Assembly: GCA_043825875.1 (NCBI GenBank) | Contig: JBDRRF010000029.1 | Coordinates: 1-51,131 of the forward strand | Source: Pseudomonadota bacterium | GTDB taxonomy: Bacteria > Desulfobacterota > Desulfobacteria > Desulfobacterales > RPRI01 | DNA: 51,131 bases | Direction of reading: 5' to 3' | Shown: positions 1 to 10,535 of the stretch, piece by piece | Position numbering within the stretch: position 1 is the stretch's first letter | Layout of the letters: every line of letters begins with the position of its first letter | Made by a program: the position numbers and the translations under genes | Notes under the pieces: model-generated | Seen by the model: only the letters and a program-made list of their open reading frames with translations | Database searches by the model: none | What the model was told of the DNA's origin: nothing

Positions 1-268
1 ATATATATTAATGTGTTATAGTGTGCAACTCATATTTTTAAGAGTTTGATGTAAACTGTGAATTTATAAAAACCGGTCTTTATGCTGGGTTATTTTTTTA
101 TATATGTGTTGAAAATATATCGAATTTTATTTATATAGGAAAACTTTTCATATTTAATAAAAAATAAGATTGTTTTTTAAAATATAGTCTGATATCTTAA
201 TAAGATTGTTAGTAGCTATCACTAAATGTTGATAGTGACAAAATAGGCTAAGGGGGTATTTTTTTTTA

Positions 269-2110
269 ATGGAAAATCAGGTTAACTCAAATACAAACGA
301 AGATCAAAATCAGGAAGACATGTTGGATTCCAAAGCAGCAGACAATGACAAAGTTCAGGAAATGGATTTTGGGTCTGATACATCGGATGAAATATTGTCT
401 GAACAAGAAAAAAGCCAAGAAGAAAACCAAGAAGAAAGCATGGAAACGCTTATGGATATGTATGATGAAAGTTTTAAGCGTTTTCAGGAAGGTGAAGTTG
501 TCAGCGGAAGGGTTATTTCCATAGACAAAGATTATGTTTTGGTCGATATTGGCTATAAGTCTGAAGGGCAGATAAAAATATATGAGTTTAAGGATGAAGA
601 CGGCAAGGTAAATATTGAGCCGGGAGACACCGTAGAAGTTATGGTGGAATGGTGGGATGACGAAGAAGAAAGAGTTATTCTGTCAAAAGAGAAGGCCGAG
701 AAAGTCAAAGTATGGGATGATATAAAGAAAGCGCATGATGATGACGGAACCATAGAAGGTGTTATATTAAGCCGCGTTAAAGGCGGTTTTTCCGTTGATG
801 TCGGGGTGCAGGCTTTTCTGCCGGGTTCTCAGGCCGATTTGCGCCCTATACGCAATCTTGATGAACTTGTAGGGAAAACATTTGCTTTTAAGATATTAAA
901 GTATAACAGAAAACGAAGTAACGTTGTTCTTTCAAGAAGAGCTATTCTTGAACAGGATCGCGATAGCAAAAGAACCGCTACTCTTTCTACAATTCACGAG
1001 GATAAAATTACTGAGGGCTTTGTTAAAAACATTACTGAGTACGGAGTGTTTGTTGACCTTGGAGGTGTTGATGGCCTTTTGCATATTACAGATATCTCAT
1101 GGGGAAGAATTAAGCATCCTGCCGAAATGTTTGCCGTTGGGGACAAGATTACAGTAAAAATTCTGAGCATAGACAAGGAAAAGGAAAGAGTGTCCCTTGG
1201 CATGAAACAGCTTGTTGAGGATCCATGGATAAGGGCTTCGGAAAAATACCCTATTGGCGAACGGGTTACCGGCAAAGTCGTTAGCCTGACAGATTATGGT
1301 GCTTTTGTTGAGCTTGAAGAAGGTATTGAAGGGCTTATTCATGTTTCTGAAATGTCATGGGCCCGAAAAGTACGTCATCCTTCCAAGATATTTTCTGTTG
1401 GTGAAATGGTTGAATCAGTTGTCCTTGATATCAAACCTGAAAACAGGCGGATTTCTCTTGGTGTAAAACAAGTTGTTCCGAATCCTTGGGATATAATAAG
1501 CGAAAACTATCCGGTTGGAACTACTATTGAAGGTAAAGTAAAAAATATAACCGATTTTGGAATTTTTGTAGGTATTGATGAAGGTATTGATGGCCTTATT
1601 CATATTTCGGATATTTCATGGACTAAACGCATAAAGCATCCTTCTGAACTTTATAAAAAAGGGGATGTTATTCAGGCTGTGGTTTTGGCAATAGAGAAAG
1701 AAAATGAAAGATTCTCATTGGGTATAAAGCAGCTTCAGAAAGATCCCTGGGAAACAGTCAGCACGCGTTATACTGTTGGAAAAGAAATTGTAGGAACAAT
1801 AACGAATGTAACTGATTTTGGTATATTTGTAGAGCTTGAAGAAGGAATAGAGGGGCTTGTCCATGTTTCTGAAATCAGTAAAGAGAAGATCAAAACTCCT
1901 GTTGGGAAATACAATCTTGGAGAAGTGTTAAACGCTAAAGTTATGAATATAAACAGCGTAGAAAGAAGAATAGGTCTTTCCATCAAACGCCTGCAGATGG
2001 ATAATGAACAGAATGTTCTTACAGATTACATAAGTAATATGAAGCCAGCGACATCTGCTTTCGGGGAGATTTTGCGGGAAAATCTTCAGGAAAAATTAAA
2101 CGGAGAATAA
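269..2110 (+). CDS. rpsA: 30S ribosomal protein S1
   Basis: Six S1 repeats (e.g. VLVDIGYKSEG, FLPGSQ, YGVFVDLGGVDGLLHITDISW, GIEGLIHVSEMSW) after an acidic N-terminal extension of about 55 aa. Confidence 0.98.
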   Translation: MENQVNSNTNEDQNQEDMLDSKAADNDKVQEMDFGSDTSDEILSEQEKSQEENQEESMETLMDMYDESFKRFQEGEVVSGRVISIDKDYVLVDIGYKSEGQIKIYEFKDEDGKVNIEPGDTVEVMVEWWDDEEERVILSKEKAEKVKVWDDIKKAHDDDGTIEGVILSRVKGGFSVDVGVQAFLPGSQADLRPIRNLDELVGKTFAFKILKYNRKRSNVVLSRRAILEQDRDSKRTATLSTIHEDKITEGFVKNITEYGVFVDLGGVDGLLHITDISWGRIKHPAEMFAVGDKITVKILSIDKEKERVSLGMKQLVEDPWIRASEKYPIGERVTGKVVSLTDYGAFVELEEGIEGLIHVSEMSWARKVRHPSKIFSVGEMVESVVLDIKPENRRISLGVKQVVPNPWDIISENYPVGTTIEGKVKNITDFGIFVGIDEGIDGLIHISDISWTKRIKHPSELYKKGDVIQAVVLAIEKENERFSLGIKQLQKDPWETVSTRYTVGKEIVGTITNVTDFGIFVELEEGIEGLVHVSEISKEKIKTPVGKYNLGEVLNAKVMNINSVERRIGLSIKRLQMDNEQNVLTDYISNMKPATSAFGEILRENLQEKLNGE

Positions 2111-2113
2111 TCT

Positions 2114-2157
2114 TTTACAAAAAAAGCAGCCGGATTGACGGCTGCTTTTTTTGTAAA
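2114..2157 (+). terminator. Intrinsic terminator after rpsA
   Basis: Perfect 19-bp inverted repeat TTTACAAAAAAAGCAGCCG / CGGCTGCTTTTTTTGTAAA with a T7 tract, 3 nt after the stop codon. Confidence 0.85.
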
Positions 2158-2185
2158 CAACTTTAAATAAATTTTTAAAGCATAT

Positions 2186-3079
2186 ATGTTTTCACGAAGA
2201 CACCCAATCCTATTTTTTATCTTAGTATCTTCTTCTGTCTTTTTTGCGACGATTTTTGGTATCTCCATTCTTGTTTTTCTTGGAACACGTGATTCCGATT
2301 TTAATATAGGAGAAAAGGTTGGAGTTATTGAAATATCAGGTGTGATTACTGATTCCAAGGAAATAGTTAATAATATTAAGAAATATCGCGATAACGATTC
2401 TATAAAGGCAATTGTTTTAAGGATAGATTCCCCTGGTGGGTCCGTAGGTCCGTCACAGGAAATATTCCGGGAAGTTAGGAAAACAATCGGAAAAAAGAAA
2501 ATTATTACTTCAATGGGCAGTGTTGCAGCTTCGGGAGGATATTATATTGCTGCTGGCACGGATGGTATAATGGCCAATCCGGGTACTATAACCGGCAGTA
2601 TAGGGGTAATAATCGGTTTTACTAATTTTGAAGAAATTTTGCAAAAAATAGGTTTATATCCGGTTGTAGTCAAAAGCGGTGAATATAAAGATATAGGATC
2701 TCCAGTACGTAAAATGACGGAAAAAGAGAAGAAATTGCTTCAGGATTTTGTTGATGATACGCATATGCAGTTTGTTGGTGCCGTTTCCAAAGGGCGCAAT
2801 ATGGATATCGCCAAAGTTAAAGCTATCGCAGACGGGCGGATTTTTACCGGACAAATGGCCAAAAATCTTGGTCTTGTTGATCGTCTTGGCAACATTGAGG
2901 ATGCAATAGAATGGGCCGGCCGATTAGGAGGAATTAAAGGAAAAATATCCGCTGTCTATTCTAAAAAAGCTGACAGCTCTTTTTTAGAATATTTTATTGA
3001 ATCTTCCGCTAAAAAAATTGTTAGCCGTGTTGCAAATCCGGAGTTTTTTGCAGGCTATATTCTAAAATCCCCTCTTTAG
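2186..3079 (+). CDS. sppA: Signal peptide peptidase SppA, short (36K) type
   Basis: N-terminal TM segment; LRIDSPGG, AASGGYY and TGSIGV S49 peptidase motifs. Confidence 0.95.
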   Translation: MFSRRHPILFFILVSSSVFFATIFGISILVFLGTRDSDFNIGEKVGVIEISGVITDSKEIVNNIKKYRDNDSIKAIVLRIDSPGGSVGPSQEIFREVRKTIGKKKIITSMGSVAASGGYYIAAGTDGIMANPGTITGSIGVIIGFTNFEEILQKIGLYPVVVKSGEYKDIGSPVRKMTEKEKKLLQDFVDDTHMQFVGAVSKGRNMDIAKVKAIADGRIFTGQMAKNLGLVDRLGNIEDAIEWAGRLGGIKGKISAVYSKKADSSFLEYFIESSAKKIVSRVANPEFFAGYILKSPL

Positions 3080-3105
3080 TTACATATAAAATGTTAAAAT
3101 AATTG

Positions 3106-3134
3106 TTGCAGATATAAAATAATATTGTTACAAA
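3106..3134 (+). promoter_or_regulatory. Candidate sigma70 promoter of rpsB-tsf
   Basis: TTGCAG-17 nt-TACAAA with a TG extended -10, just upstream of the t44 leader. Confidence 0.35.
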
Positions 3135-3150
3135 ATCATATTTAAAACAA

Positions 3151-3240
3151 CGCACACTCTTTGGTCTTGTTGACCTGCTTTATGGTGCTTTCAAAAAACG
3201 AAAGTTTAAAGCAGGGTAAAAAAGGGTGGAGGATTAACCA
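3151..3240 (+). ncRNA. t44: rpsB leader (t44 / S2 autoregulatory RNA)
   Basis: Starts CGCACAC and ends GGGTGGAGGATTAACC, as in rpsB leaders. Outer stem CACTCTTT/AAAGGGTG, inner stem CCTGCTTTA/TAAAGCAGG, and loop GGT complementary to the 3' ACC (pseudoknot). Confidence 0.85.
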
Positions 3241-3261
3241 AATAGAAAGGGAGAGTATTAA

Positions 3262-4128
3262 ATGTCATATCTTACAATGAAGGAACTGCTTGAAGCCGGA
3301 GTGCATTTTGGCCATCAGACAAAACGATGGAACCCTAAAATGAAACAATATATTTTTGGGGCGAGAAACGGGATTTATATCATAGATCTTCAAAAAACCG
3401 TGAGGATGTTTAAAACAGCTTATGATTTTATACAAGATACTGTTGCAAACGGCAAATCGGTTCTTTTTGTGGGTACAAAAAAACAGGCAAAAGAGTCTAT
3501 TTATGAAGAGGCAAATCGCTGTGAAATGTTTTATGTTCATAACAGATGGCTTGGCGGAATGTTGACAAATTTTCAGACAATAAAAAAGGGTATTGACCGG
3601 CTTAATTATCTTAATTCCATTCAAAATGACGGGTCGATTAATTTGTTCCCCAAAAAAGAGAGATTAAAACACGAAAAAGAAAGAAGAAAACTTGACAGTA
3701 CATTAGGTGGTATTCGAAGCATGAATGCTCTTCCGGGTGCAATATTTGTTGTTGATCCTAAACACGAAGCCATCGCAATCCGGGAAGGCAAGCGTTTAAG
3801 AATTCCTATTATATCTATTGTAGATACAAACTGTGACCCTGATGATGTAGATTATATTGTTCCTGGAAATGATGATGCTATACGTTCCATAAGACTTATT
3901 TCATCCAGAATAGCCACAGCCTGTATAGAAGGCAAAAAACGGCTGGAAGAAAAAAAGCAGGCAGAATCCGATAAAGAAATTGAAGATGTTGCTGAAGCAG
4001 AAGAAACTACTTCTGAATTAAAACCGGGTGAGAGAAAAGTGATCTCAAACGGCACTGACGGCCCGGTGATTGAAATTATCAAGAGAGCAACTCCGGAAGT
4101 AATAAAAGATATCGAAAGTGAAGAATAA
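3262..4128 (+). CDS. rpsB: 30S ribosomal protein S2
   Basis: [37 protein letters not shown]; acidic C-terminal extension. Confidence 0.99.
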   Translation: MSYLTMKELLEAGVHFGHQTKRWNPKMKQYIFGARNGIYIIDLQKTVRMFKTAYDFIQDTVANGKSVLFVGTKKQAKESIYEEANRCEMFYVHNRWLGGMLTNFQTIKKGIDRLNYLNSIQNDGSINLFPKKERLKHEKERRKLDSTLGGIRSMNALPGAIFVVDPKHEAIAIREGKRLRIPIISIVDTNCDPDDVDYIVPGNDDAIRSIRLISSRIATACIEGKKRLEEKKQAESDKEIEDVAEAEETTSELKPGERKVISNGTDGPVIEIIKRATPEVIKDIESEE

Positions 4129-4146
4129 TTAACGGGAGAAAATAAG

Positions 4147-4743
4147 ATGGGATCAATTAGTGCGGAAACAGTAAAGCAACTCCGGGGAAAAACCGGAGCA
4201 GGTATTATGGATTGTAAGGAGGCTCTTTCCGTATGTGAGGGAGATATGGATAAGGCTGTAGACCATTTAAGAACAAAAGGTCTTGCTACAGCAGCAAAAA
4301 GAGCCGGAAAGGCTATGACGGAAGGGACGGTCCAATCTTATATACATATGGGCGGAAAGCTCGGAGTACTTGTTGAAATAAACTGTGAAACCGATTTCGT
4401 TTCAAAAAATGACAATTTCAAAGATTTTACTAAAAATATAGCAATGCATATTGCGGCAGCTAATCCGGTCAGTATCCGGCGTGAAGAAGTGTCACAGGAA
4501 CTTGTTCAAAGAGAAATGGCAATATATCGAGATCAGGCTAAAGAAATGGGTAAGCCTGAAAAAATGATCGATAAAATAGCGGATGGAAAGCTTGAAAAAT
4601 TCTACAAGGAAAACTGTTTGATGAATCAGGCTTATGTACGGGATCCGAATATTACCATTGCCGACTTGCTTAGTGAGTTGATTGCAAAAACAGGAGAAAA
4701 CATTATAATTAAACGGTTTGTAAGATTCCAGATCGGAGAATAA
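4147..4743 (+). CDS. tsf: Elongation factor Ts (short form)
   Basis: LRGKTGAGIMDCK and EINCETDFV; 198 aa. Confidence 0.98.
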   Translation: MGSISAETVKQLRGKTGAGIMDCKEALSVCEGDMDKAVDHLRTKGLATAAKRAGKAMTEGTVQSYIHMGGKLGVLVEINCETDFVSKNDNFKDFTKNIAMHIAAANPVSIRREEVSQELVQREMAIYRDQAKEMGKPEKMIDKIADGKLEKFYKENCLMNQAYVRDPNITIADLLSELIAKTGENIIIKRFVRFQIGE

Positions 4744-4749
4744 TATACA

Positions 4750-5466
4750 TTGAAACCTCCACAATACAAAAGAGTACTTTTGAAGTTAAGTGGTGAAGCT
4801 TTGATGGGGGATCAGGGTTTCGGAATTAGTTCGGATGTTATAAAATATGTTGCCGAAGAGATCCGGTCAGTATTTGATCTTGGCATTCAAATAGCAATAG
4901 TTGTGGGAGGAGGAAATATCTTCCGGGGTATTGCCGCAAGCTCATTTGGAATGGATCGGACGTCTGCAGATCATATGGGGATGCTTGCAACTGTTATAAA
5001 CAGCCTTGCCTTGCAAGATGCGCTTGAAAAGAAAGATATCGCAACACGGATTCAAACTGCAATAACGATACATGAAGTAGCTGAACCTTACATACTTAGA
5101 AGAGCAGTTCGTCACCTTGAAAAAGGGCGTGTTGTTATTTTTGCCGCAGGAACCGGTAATCCGTACTTTACTACAGATACCGCTGCTGTTTTAAGGGCAC
5201 AGGAAATTCATGCCGAGATTCTGCTTAAAGCAACAAAGGTTGACGGATTATATGATTCAGACCCGGTTATTAACAAAGATGCGAAATTTCTAAAAAGCGT
5301 GACCTACATGGAGGTCCTTGAAAAACAGCTTAAAGTAATGGATATGACGGCTATATCTCTTGCTATGGATAATCATCTGCCGCTTGCAATTTTTAATCTT
5401 AGGACAAAGGGAAATATAAAAAGAGTTATATGCGGTGATGATATCGGAACCCGCATTTTCAATTAA
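4750..5466 (+). CDS. pyrH: Uridylate kinase
   Basis: [28 protein letters not shown] start. Confidence 0.98.
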   Translation: MKPPQYKRVLLKLSGEALMGDQGFGISSDVIKYVAEEIRSVFDLGIQIAIVVGGGNIFRGIAASSFGMDRTSADHMGMLATVINSLALQDALEKKDIATRIQTAITIHEVAEPYILRRAVRHLEKGRVVIFAAGTGNPYFTTDTAAVLRAQEIHAEILLKATKVDGLYDSDPVINKDAKFLKSVTYMEVLEKQLKVMDMTAISLAMDNHLPLAIFNLRTKGNIKRVICGDDIGTRIFN

Positions 5467-5580
5467 GCAACGTACGTTTTCGCCTTTGTGAAAACCGATA
5501 TTTAGCTTTTCACGGACGTATCAAAATTATTATAGAATATAAAACTATATTTTCTTTGCTTAATAGATAAGGAGTAGCTC

Positions 5581-6138
5581 ATGATTGAGTCATTATATCA
5601 GGAATTAAAGGAAAACATGGGCAAGTCGATATCTGCCCTTCAGAATGAATTGAAGAGAGTAAGAACCGGGCGTGCCTCGTTGTCAATTCTTGATGGTATC
5701 AGAGTTGATTACTACGGGACTTTGACTCCGCTTAATCAGATGGCTTCTCTTGCAGTTCCTGAGAGCCGCTTAATTACCGTTCAACCCTGGGATGTATCTG
5801 TTATTAAAGAGATTGAAAAAGCCATATTAAAATCGGATCTTGGCCTTACACCATCAAATGATGGTAAAATCATTCGCATATCTATCCCGCCTCTTACGGA
5901 AGAAAGAAGAAAAAAACTGGTTAAGGTTGTGCATAAAATGTGCGAAGACTATAAAATTGCCGTCCGTAATTTAAGGCGTGATTCGAATGAACTAATTAAG
6001 GGTTTCAAAAAAGATGGTGAGATAGCTGAAGATGCTGCTTTTAAAGCGCAAGATGGTGTGCAAAATATAACGGATGAACATATAAGAATTATCGATAATA
6101 TATATAAAGAAAAAGAAAAGGAGATCCTTGAATTCTAG
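5581..6138 (+). CDS. frr: Ribosome recycling factor
   Basis: VRTGRAS, VDYYG, PPLTEERRK; RBS AAGGAG. Confidence 0.98.
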   Translation: MIESLYQELKENMGKSISALQNELKRVRTGRASLSILDGIRVDYYGTLTPLNQMASLAVPESRLITVQPWDVSVIKEIEKAILKSDLGLTPSNDGKIIRISIPPLTEERRKKLVKVVHKMCEDYKIAVRNLRRDSNELIKGFKKDGEIAEDAAFKAQDGVQNITDEHIRIIDNIYKEKEKEILEF

Positions 6139-6871
6139 CTCATCAATCGATTCTCTTGGTCTTGATACTTCAAAACTTCCCAGGCATATCGCTATAATAA
6201 TGGATGGTAATGGGCGATGGGCAGAAAAGCGCCTGATGAACAGAATTAAAGGGCATGAATCGGGATCTGAAGCCGTAAGAACAATAGTTAGGTCCTGTCG
6301 TGAAATCGGTATTTCCGTTTTAACTCTTTTTGCATTTTCAACGGAAAACTGGCAGCGTCCCAAGATTGAGATATCAGCCTTAATGACCCTGCTTAAAAAT
6401 TTTCTTGATTCTGAAGTAAAAGAGATGATGGAAAATAACATCCATTTAAATGCAATCGGGCAGATCCAAAAGCTTCCTGAAGGAGTCCGTAAATCGTTAA
6501 AAAAGACGATGGATTTAACCGTAAAAAATAATGGGATGCTTCTTAACCTTGCTTTAAGTTATGGTGGAAGGGCTGAACTGGTTGATATGGTTAAGATTAT
6601 TGCAAGAAAGGCTAAGGATGGAAGTATTGATCCTGATTTGATAACAGATGAAATTGTTGAAAACAACCTTTATACTACCGGTATGCCCGATCCTGATTTG
6701 CTTATTAGAACCAGTGGTGAAATGAGGGTCAGTAATTTTCTGCTCTGGCAGATTGCTTATAGTGAAATTTATATAACCGATACCTTATGGCCGGATTTTG
6801 GCAAGGAAGAACTCATTAAAATTATACTTAATTATCAGAATCGTGAACGCAGGTTCGGTAATGTCGGGTAG
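6128..6871 (+). CDS. uppS: Undecaprenyl diphosphate synthase
   Basis: HIAIIMDGNGRWA, FSTENWQRP, IRTSGEMRVSNFLLWQ. Confidence 0.97.
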   Translation: MNSSSSIDSLGLDTSKLPRHIAIIMDGNGRWAEKRLMNRIKGHESGSEAVRTIVRSCREIGISVLTLFAFSTENWQRPKIEISALMTLLKNFLDSEVKEMMENNIHLNAIGQIQKLPEGVRKSLKKTMDLTVKNNGMLLNLALSYGGRAELVDMVKIIARKAKDGSIDPDLITDEIVENNLYTTGMPDPDLLIRTSGEMRVSNFLLWQIAYSEIYITDTLWPDFGKEELIKIILNYQNRERRFGNVG

Positions 6872-6941
6872 TTAATACTTAATAATAAGCGCCCACCGGT
6901 TATAGTCTACTCAAGGGTTGGGAAAATACCTCGCCTTGGGG

Positions 6942-7104
6942 GGAAACTTTAGTTCAATATTATTTTTAGACAAAAGGGTTCCAGCGGTCAAGGATTCGGG
7001 GGTTCAATCTTTAGATGTAAGTGATATTTTGCTTGAACACTTGACCCCTTGAATCCTTGAACCCTCAAGCCATCAGCCCTGTCTTACGATGGCGACTAAA
7101 TTCC
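6942..7104. repeat. Inverted array of 8-bp tandem units (MITE/REP-like hairpin) between uppS and cdsA
   Basis: Left arm 6975-7007 is four AGGRTTCA-like units; right arm 7033-7065 is four TTGAAYCC-like units in reverse complement. Imperfect outer inverted ends GGAAACTTTAGT / ACTAAATTCC. Confidence 0.75.
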
Positions 7105-7142
7105 AATTATTGATTTATTTAAGAAGTTTATAGGATATATGC

Positions 7143-7955
7143 ATGCATTTAAAGCGTTGGATTACAGGACTTACAGCGCTTCCCTTTCTTATATTGCTTA
7201 TAAGTAAAGGCGGAAGTATAGCATTTGCCGTTTTTATAAGCATTGTGTCAATCATTGCCCTTTTCGAATATTATGAAATAGTACTCTATCCCCAAAAAAT
7301 GCAGAGTATAAAAAATGCATTGCCTCTGATATCATATCTTTTCGGAATAATAATCATATTTGTTGTATACAGGGATATGCCGGATATGGTGTCTTTTTTG
7401 ATTGTATTTAATCTTATTATTTCAGGTTTTATTTCTCTTTTTAAGTTTAAAACAAATAAGGATATTATATGGCTGGTTGTAAAACAGCTTACGGGCCTTA
7501 TATATATTCCGCTTTTTCTTTCATATCTTATTTTAATCAGAAATGGCAGTGATGGAATTGCCTGGATTTATTTCCTGCTTATATTGGTTTTTGCAGGAGA
7601 TACAGGGGCTTTTTATGCAGGTACTTATTTTGGAAAACATAAGCTTTGTCCATCTGTCAGTCCCGGAAAAACAATAGAAGGATCTTTAGGCGGATTGGGA
7701 TTAAATATTGTGGCAGGTGGTATATTTAAATATTATTTTCTGTCATCATATTCATGGTGGATTTCTATTTTATTATTTATTTGTGTCGGAATTGCAGGAC
7801 AGATCGGGGATCTTTTTGAATCGGAATTGAAAAGATCTGCCGGTGTTAAGGATTCGGGGTCAATATTACCCGGACATGGTGGCATTCTTGATCGTATCGA
7901 CGCTCTTTTATTTGCTGCGCCGGTTGCCTGGGTGTTTAAGGAATTTTTGTTTTAA
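7143..7955 (+). CDS. cdsA: Phosphatidate cytidylyltransferase
   Basis: SPGKTIEG, GDLFESELKR, KDSGSILPGHGGILDRID. Confidence 0.97.
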   Translation: MHLKRWITGLTALPFLILLISKGGSIAFAVFISIVSIIALFEYYEIVLYPQKMQSIKNALPLISYLFGIIIIFVVYRDMPDMVSFLIVFNLIISGFISLFKFKTNKDIIWLVVKQLTGLIYIPLFLSYLILIRNGSDGIAWIYFLLILVFAGDTGAFYAGTYFGKHKLCPSVSPGKTIEGSLGGLGLNIVAGGIFKYYFLSSYSWWISILLFICVGIAGQIGDLFESELKRSAGVKDSGSILPGHGGILDRIDALLFAAPVAWVFKEFLF

Positions 7956-7977
7956 TAATGAAAACGGGTTTAATATA

Positions 7978-9129
7978 ATGAAGTCTTTATCTATATTGGG
8001 TTCAACAGGATCAATCGGAACCAATACTCTAAAGATAGTTGAAATGTTTTCGCACAAGTTTCGGATAAAAGCGCTTGCGGCGAAAAATAATGTATTATTG
8101 CTTGCTCAGCAAATAAAAAAATTTAAGCCCCATATGGCTGTTGTATTTGATGAACAAAGCGCCTTAGAGCTTAAAAAAGCTACTTCCGGAATTGATATTA
8201 AAATTCTTTATGGAACTGAGGGTTACAAGGCAGCCGCATCTTTGGATGGAGTCGATATGGTAGTTGCCGCAATTGTTGGTTCTGCCGGGCTTTTGCCGGT
8301 ATTATCTGCAATTGATGCCGGAAAGGATATTGCGCTTGCCAACAAGGAAACGCTTGTTATGGCAGGTGATATAGTTATCAAAAGTGCCAAGGAAAAGGGT
8401 GTTAAAATACTTCCTGTAGATAGTGAACACAGCGCAATTTTTCAGTGTCTTTCCGGTCAACGTAAAAAAGATATGGATAAGATACTGCTCACAGCTTCGG
8501 GGGGGCCTTTCCTTAATCTTTCCTCAACTGAATTTGGCAAAATTACACCGGAAGATGCAATAAACCATCCGGTTTGGCAAATGGGTAAAAAAATAAGTAT
8601 TGATTCTGCTACAATGATGAATAAAGGACTTGAAGTTATAGAAGCCAAACATCTTTTTGAGGTTTCGGTTGATACTATTGAAGTACTTATTCATCCTCAA
8701 AGCATTGTTCATTCAATGGTGTCATTTAAAGACGGAACGGTTATTGCCCAAATGGGTGTCCCGGATATGAGAGGGGCTATTGCATATGCTATGTCTTTTC
8801 CGGAAAGGCTTCCCATAGGACAAGATTCTCCTGATTTCAATTCTATCGGATCACTTACTTTTCAAAAACCTGATACTGACAAATTCCCTTGTATTGATCT
8901 TGCTTATTATGCGGGTAAAATTGGAGGAACTCTTCCGGCCGTTTTGAATGCGGCAAACGAAATAGCAGTTGAAGGTTTTTTAAACAAAAGAATTTCCTTT
9001 GCAGATATTCCTCAAGTAATAAGGAAAACAATGGAAAAGCACTTTGTTATTGCAAATCCGGCGCTATCTGATATTCTCCAGGCAGATAATTGGGCGCGCA
9101 ATGTTGCTGTGGAGCAAATAATCGAATAA
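7978..9129 (+). CDS. dxr: 1-deoxy-D-xylulose-5-phosphate reductoisomerase
   Basis: ILGSTGSIG, LANKE, PVDSEH, TASGGPF. Start moved from 7843 to the ATG at 7978. Confidence 0.97.
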   Translation: MKSLSILGSTGSIGTNTLKIVEMFSHKFRIKALAAKNNVLLLAQQIKKFKPHMAVVFDEQSALELKKATSGIDIKILYGTEGYKAAASLDGVDMVVAAIVGSAGLLPVLSAIDAGKDIALANKETLVMAGDIVIKSAKEKGVKILPVDSEHSAIFQCLSGQRKKDMDKILLTASGGPFLNLSSTEFGKITPEDAINHPVWQMGKKISIDSATMMNKGLEVIEAKHLFEVSVDTIEVLIHPQSIVHSMVSFKDGTVIAQMGVPDMRGAIAYAMSFPERLPIGQDSPDFNSIGSLTFQKPDTDKFPCIDLAYYAGKIGGTLPAVLNAANEIAVEGFLNKRISFADIPQVIRKTMEKHFVIANPALSDILQADNWARNVAVEQIIE

Positions 9130-9155
9130 AAGGATTTTAGAAAGCTGTATAATTT

Positions 9156-10520
9156 ATGGGCACAGATTTTATTGCATTTATTATAGTACTCGGGGTACTG
9201 ATTTTTATTCATGAGCTTGGCCATTTTCTTGTGGCCAGGTATTTTGGAGTAGGAATCGAAAAATTTTCTCTTGGATTCGGGCCAAGGCTTTTCGGGAAAA
9301 AAGTAGGGATCACGGATTACCGCGTTTCAGCGGTTCCTCTTGGCGGGTATGTTAAAATGGTAGGTGAAGATCCTGATTCGGAGCTTGACCCGGAAGATAT
9401 TTCAATTTCATATAGCCATAAACATGTTTTTAAGAGAATTTTAATTGTTGCTGCCGGGCCAACCTTTAATATTCTTTTGGCTGCTGTCATTTATTTTGGA
9501 TTTTTTTCGGTTGTGGGAATTGAGGATGTCACACCTGTAATAAGAAATATCGATATTGGTGGTCCGGCCCAAAAAGCAGGGCTTGCAAAAGGTGATTTAA
9601 TTCTCTCTATTGACGAAGCGCCGGTTGATTCATGGTATGATATTTTTAATGCCATTAAACGCAGCGAAGGGCGCACGCTATCACTGAAGCTTAAGCGGGA
9701 TGATTCTGTAATTGCCCTTGCACTTTCTCCGCAATTAAATACAGGCCAGGATCTTTTTGGGGATGAGGTTAAATATTATGATTTGGGGATTTCCGGCTAT
9801 CCGGAAATTGAGGCAATTATAGGCGGGGTATCGAATGGTTTTCCTGCCCAGGCAGCCGGGCTTGAAAAAAACGATAAAATAGTTGCCATTAATGGTGAAA
9901 AAGTCAATAGCTGGAACAAAATGCAGAAGATTATATTAGAAAGTCAAGGAAAGATTCTGCTGACAACTATTCAACGTGGTGACTCTTCTTTTGATGTAAA
10001 GATAACACCTGCGCTTACAAAGAATAAAAATGCATTAGGTGAGATTGAAGAAAGCTATAAGATTGGTGTTTCAAGCGCTGGTAATATTTTGTCAGATGAA
10101 GATAAGTTTTTGAAAAAATTTTCAGTTTTTGAAGCTTTGTTTGAAAGCGTGAGGCAGACTTATAGATTTACACATTTAACGATTGTAAGTATTGCAAAGC
10201 TGATACAGGGTAAGTTATCCATCAACACTCTTGGCGGCCCTATAATGATTGCTGAGATGGCGGGACAACAGGCTAGAGAAGGTGCTTCCGATTTTCTGTT
10301 TTTTATGGCTCTTATCAGTATAAATCTTGCAGTGTTGAATTTTCTTCCTATACCGGTTTTAGATGGCGGGCATTTGTTTTTCTATTTTATTGAAGCTGCA
10401 ATAGGAAAACCGGTAAATACAAAGATTCGTGAAATAGCCCAGCAGGTTGGTATTTTCGTACTAATTTTGCTTATGATCTTTGTTTTTTACAATGATATAA
10501 CCAGATATTTTTTTAGTTGA
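9156..10520 (+). CDS. rseP: RIP metalloprotease RseP with two PDZ domains
   Basis: HELGH, GGYVKM, two PDZ-like repeats (PAQKAGL, PAQAAGL), NFLPIPVLDGGH. Confidence 0.96.
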   Translation: MGTDFIAFIIVLGVLIFIHELGHFLVARYFGVGIEKFSLGFGPRLFGKKVGITDYRVSAVPLGGYVKMVGEDPDSELDPEDISISYSHKHVFKRILIVAAGPTFNILLAAVIYFGFFSVVGIEDVTPVIRNIDIGGPAQKAGLAKGDLILSIDEAPVDSWYDIFNAIKRSEGRTLSLKLKRDDSVIALALSPQLNTGQDLFGDEVKYYDLGISGYPEIEAIIGGVSNGFPAQAAGLEKNDKIVAINGEKVNSWNKMQKIILESQGKILLTTIQRGDSSFDVKITPALTKNKNALGEIEESYKIGVSSAGNILSDEDKFLKKFSVFEALFESVRQTYRFTHLTIVSIAKLIQGKLSINTLGGPIMIAEMAGQQAREGASDFLFFMALISINLAVLNFLPIPVLDGGHLFFYFIEAAIGKPVNTKIREIAQQVGIFVLILLMIFVFYNDITRYFFS

Positions 10521-10535
10521 TAAAGATAAAATAAA

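Noticed and set aside
4147..4743. Short EF-Ts as a possible truncation or pseudogene
   Set aside because: A ~200-aa EF-Ts is a known natural form, and the C-terminal RFVRFQIGE motif is intact.
5473..5520. Imperfect hairpin between pyrH and frr
   Set aside because: Weak interrupted stem without a T tract; no function can be supported.
5992..6441. 149-aa minus-strand ORF, and other antisense ORFs such as 18357-18803, 25727-26191 and 47883-48371
   Set aside because: They lie opposite well-supported genes and have no recognisable motifs.
6975..7065. Possible CRISPR mini-array
   Set aside because: The units are 8 bp, contiguous and inverted, with no spacers and no cas genes.
7843..7977. N-terminal extension of dxr in the ORF track
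   Set aside because: It overlaps cdsA, and homology begins at the ATG at 7978. Similar over-extended starts were trimmed for purQ, pilY1 and the ORF-track starts at 21601, 22238, 23149 and 37017.
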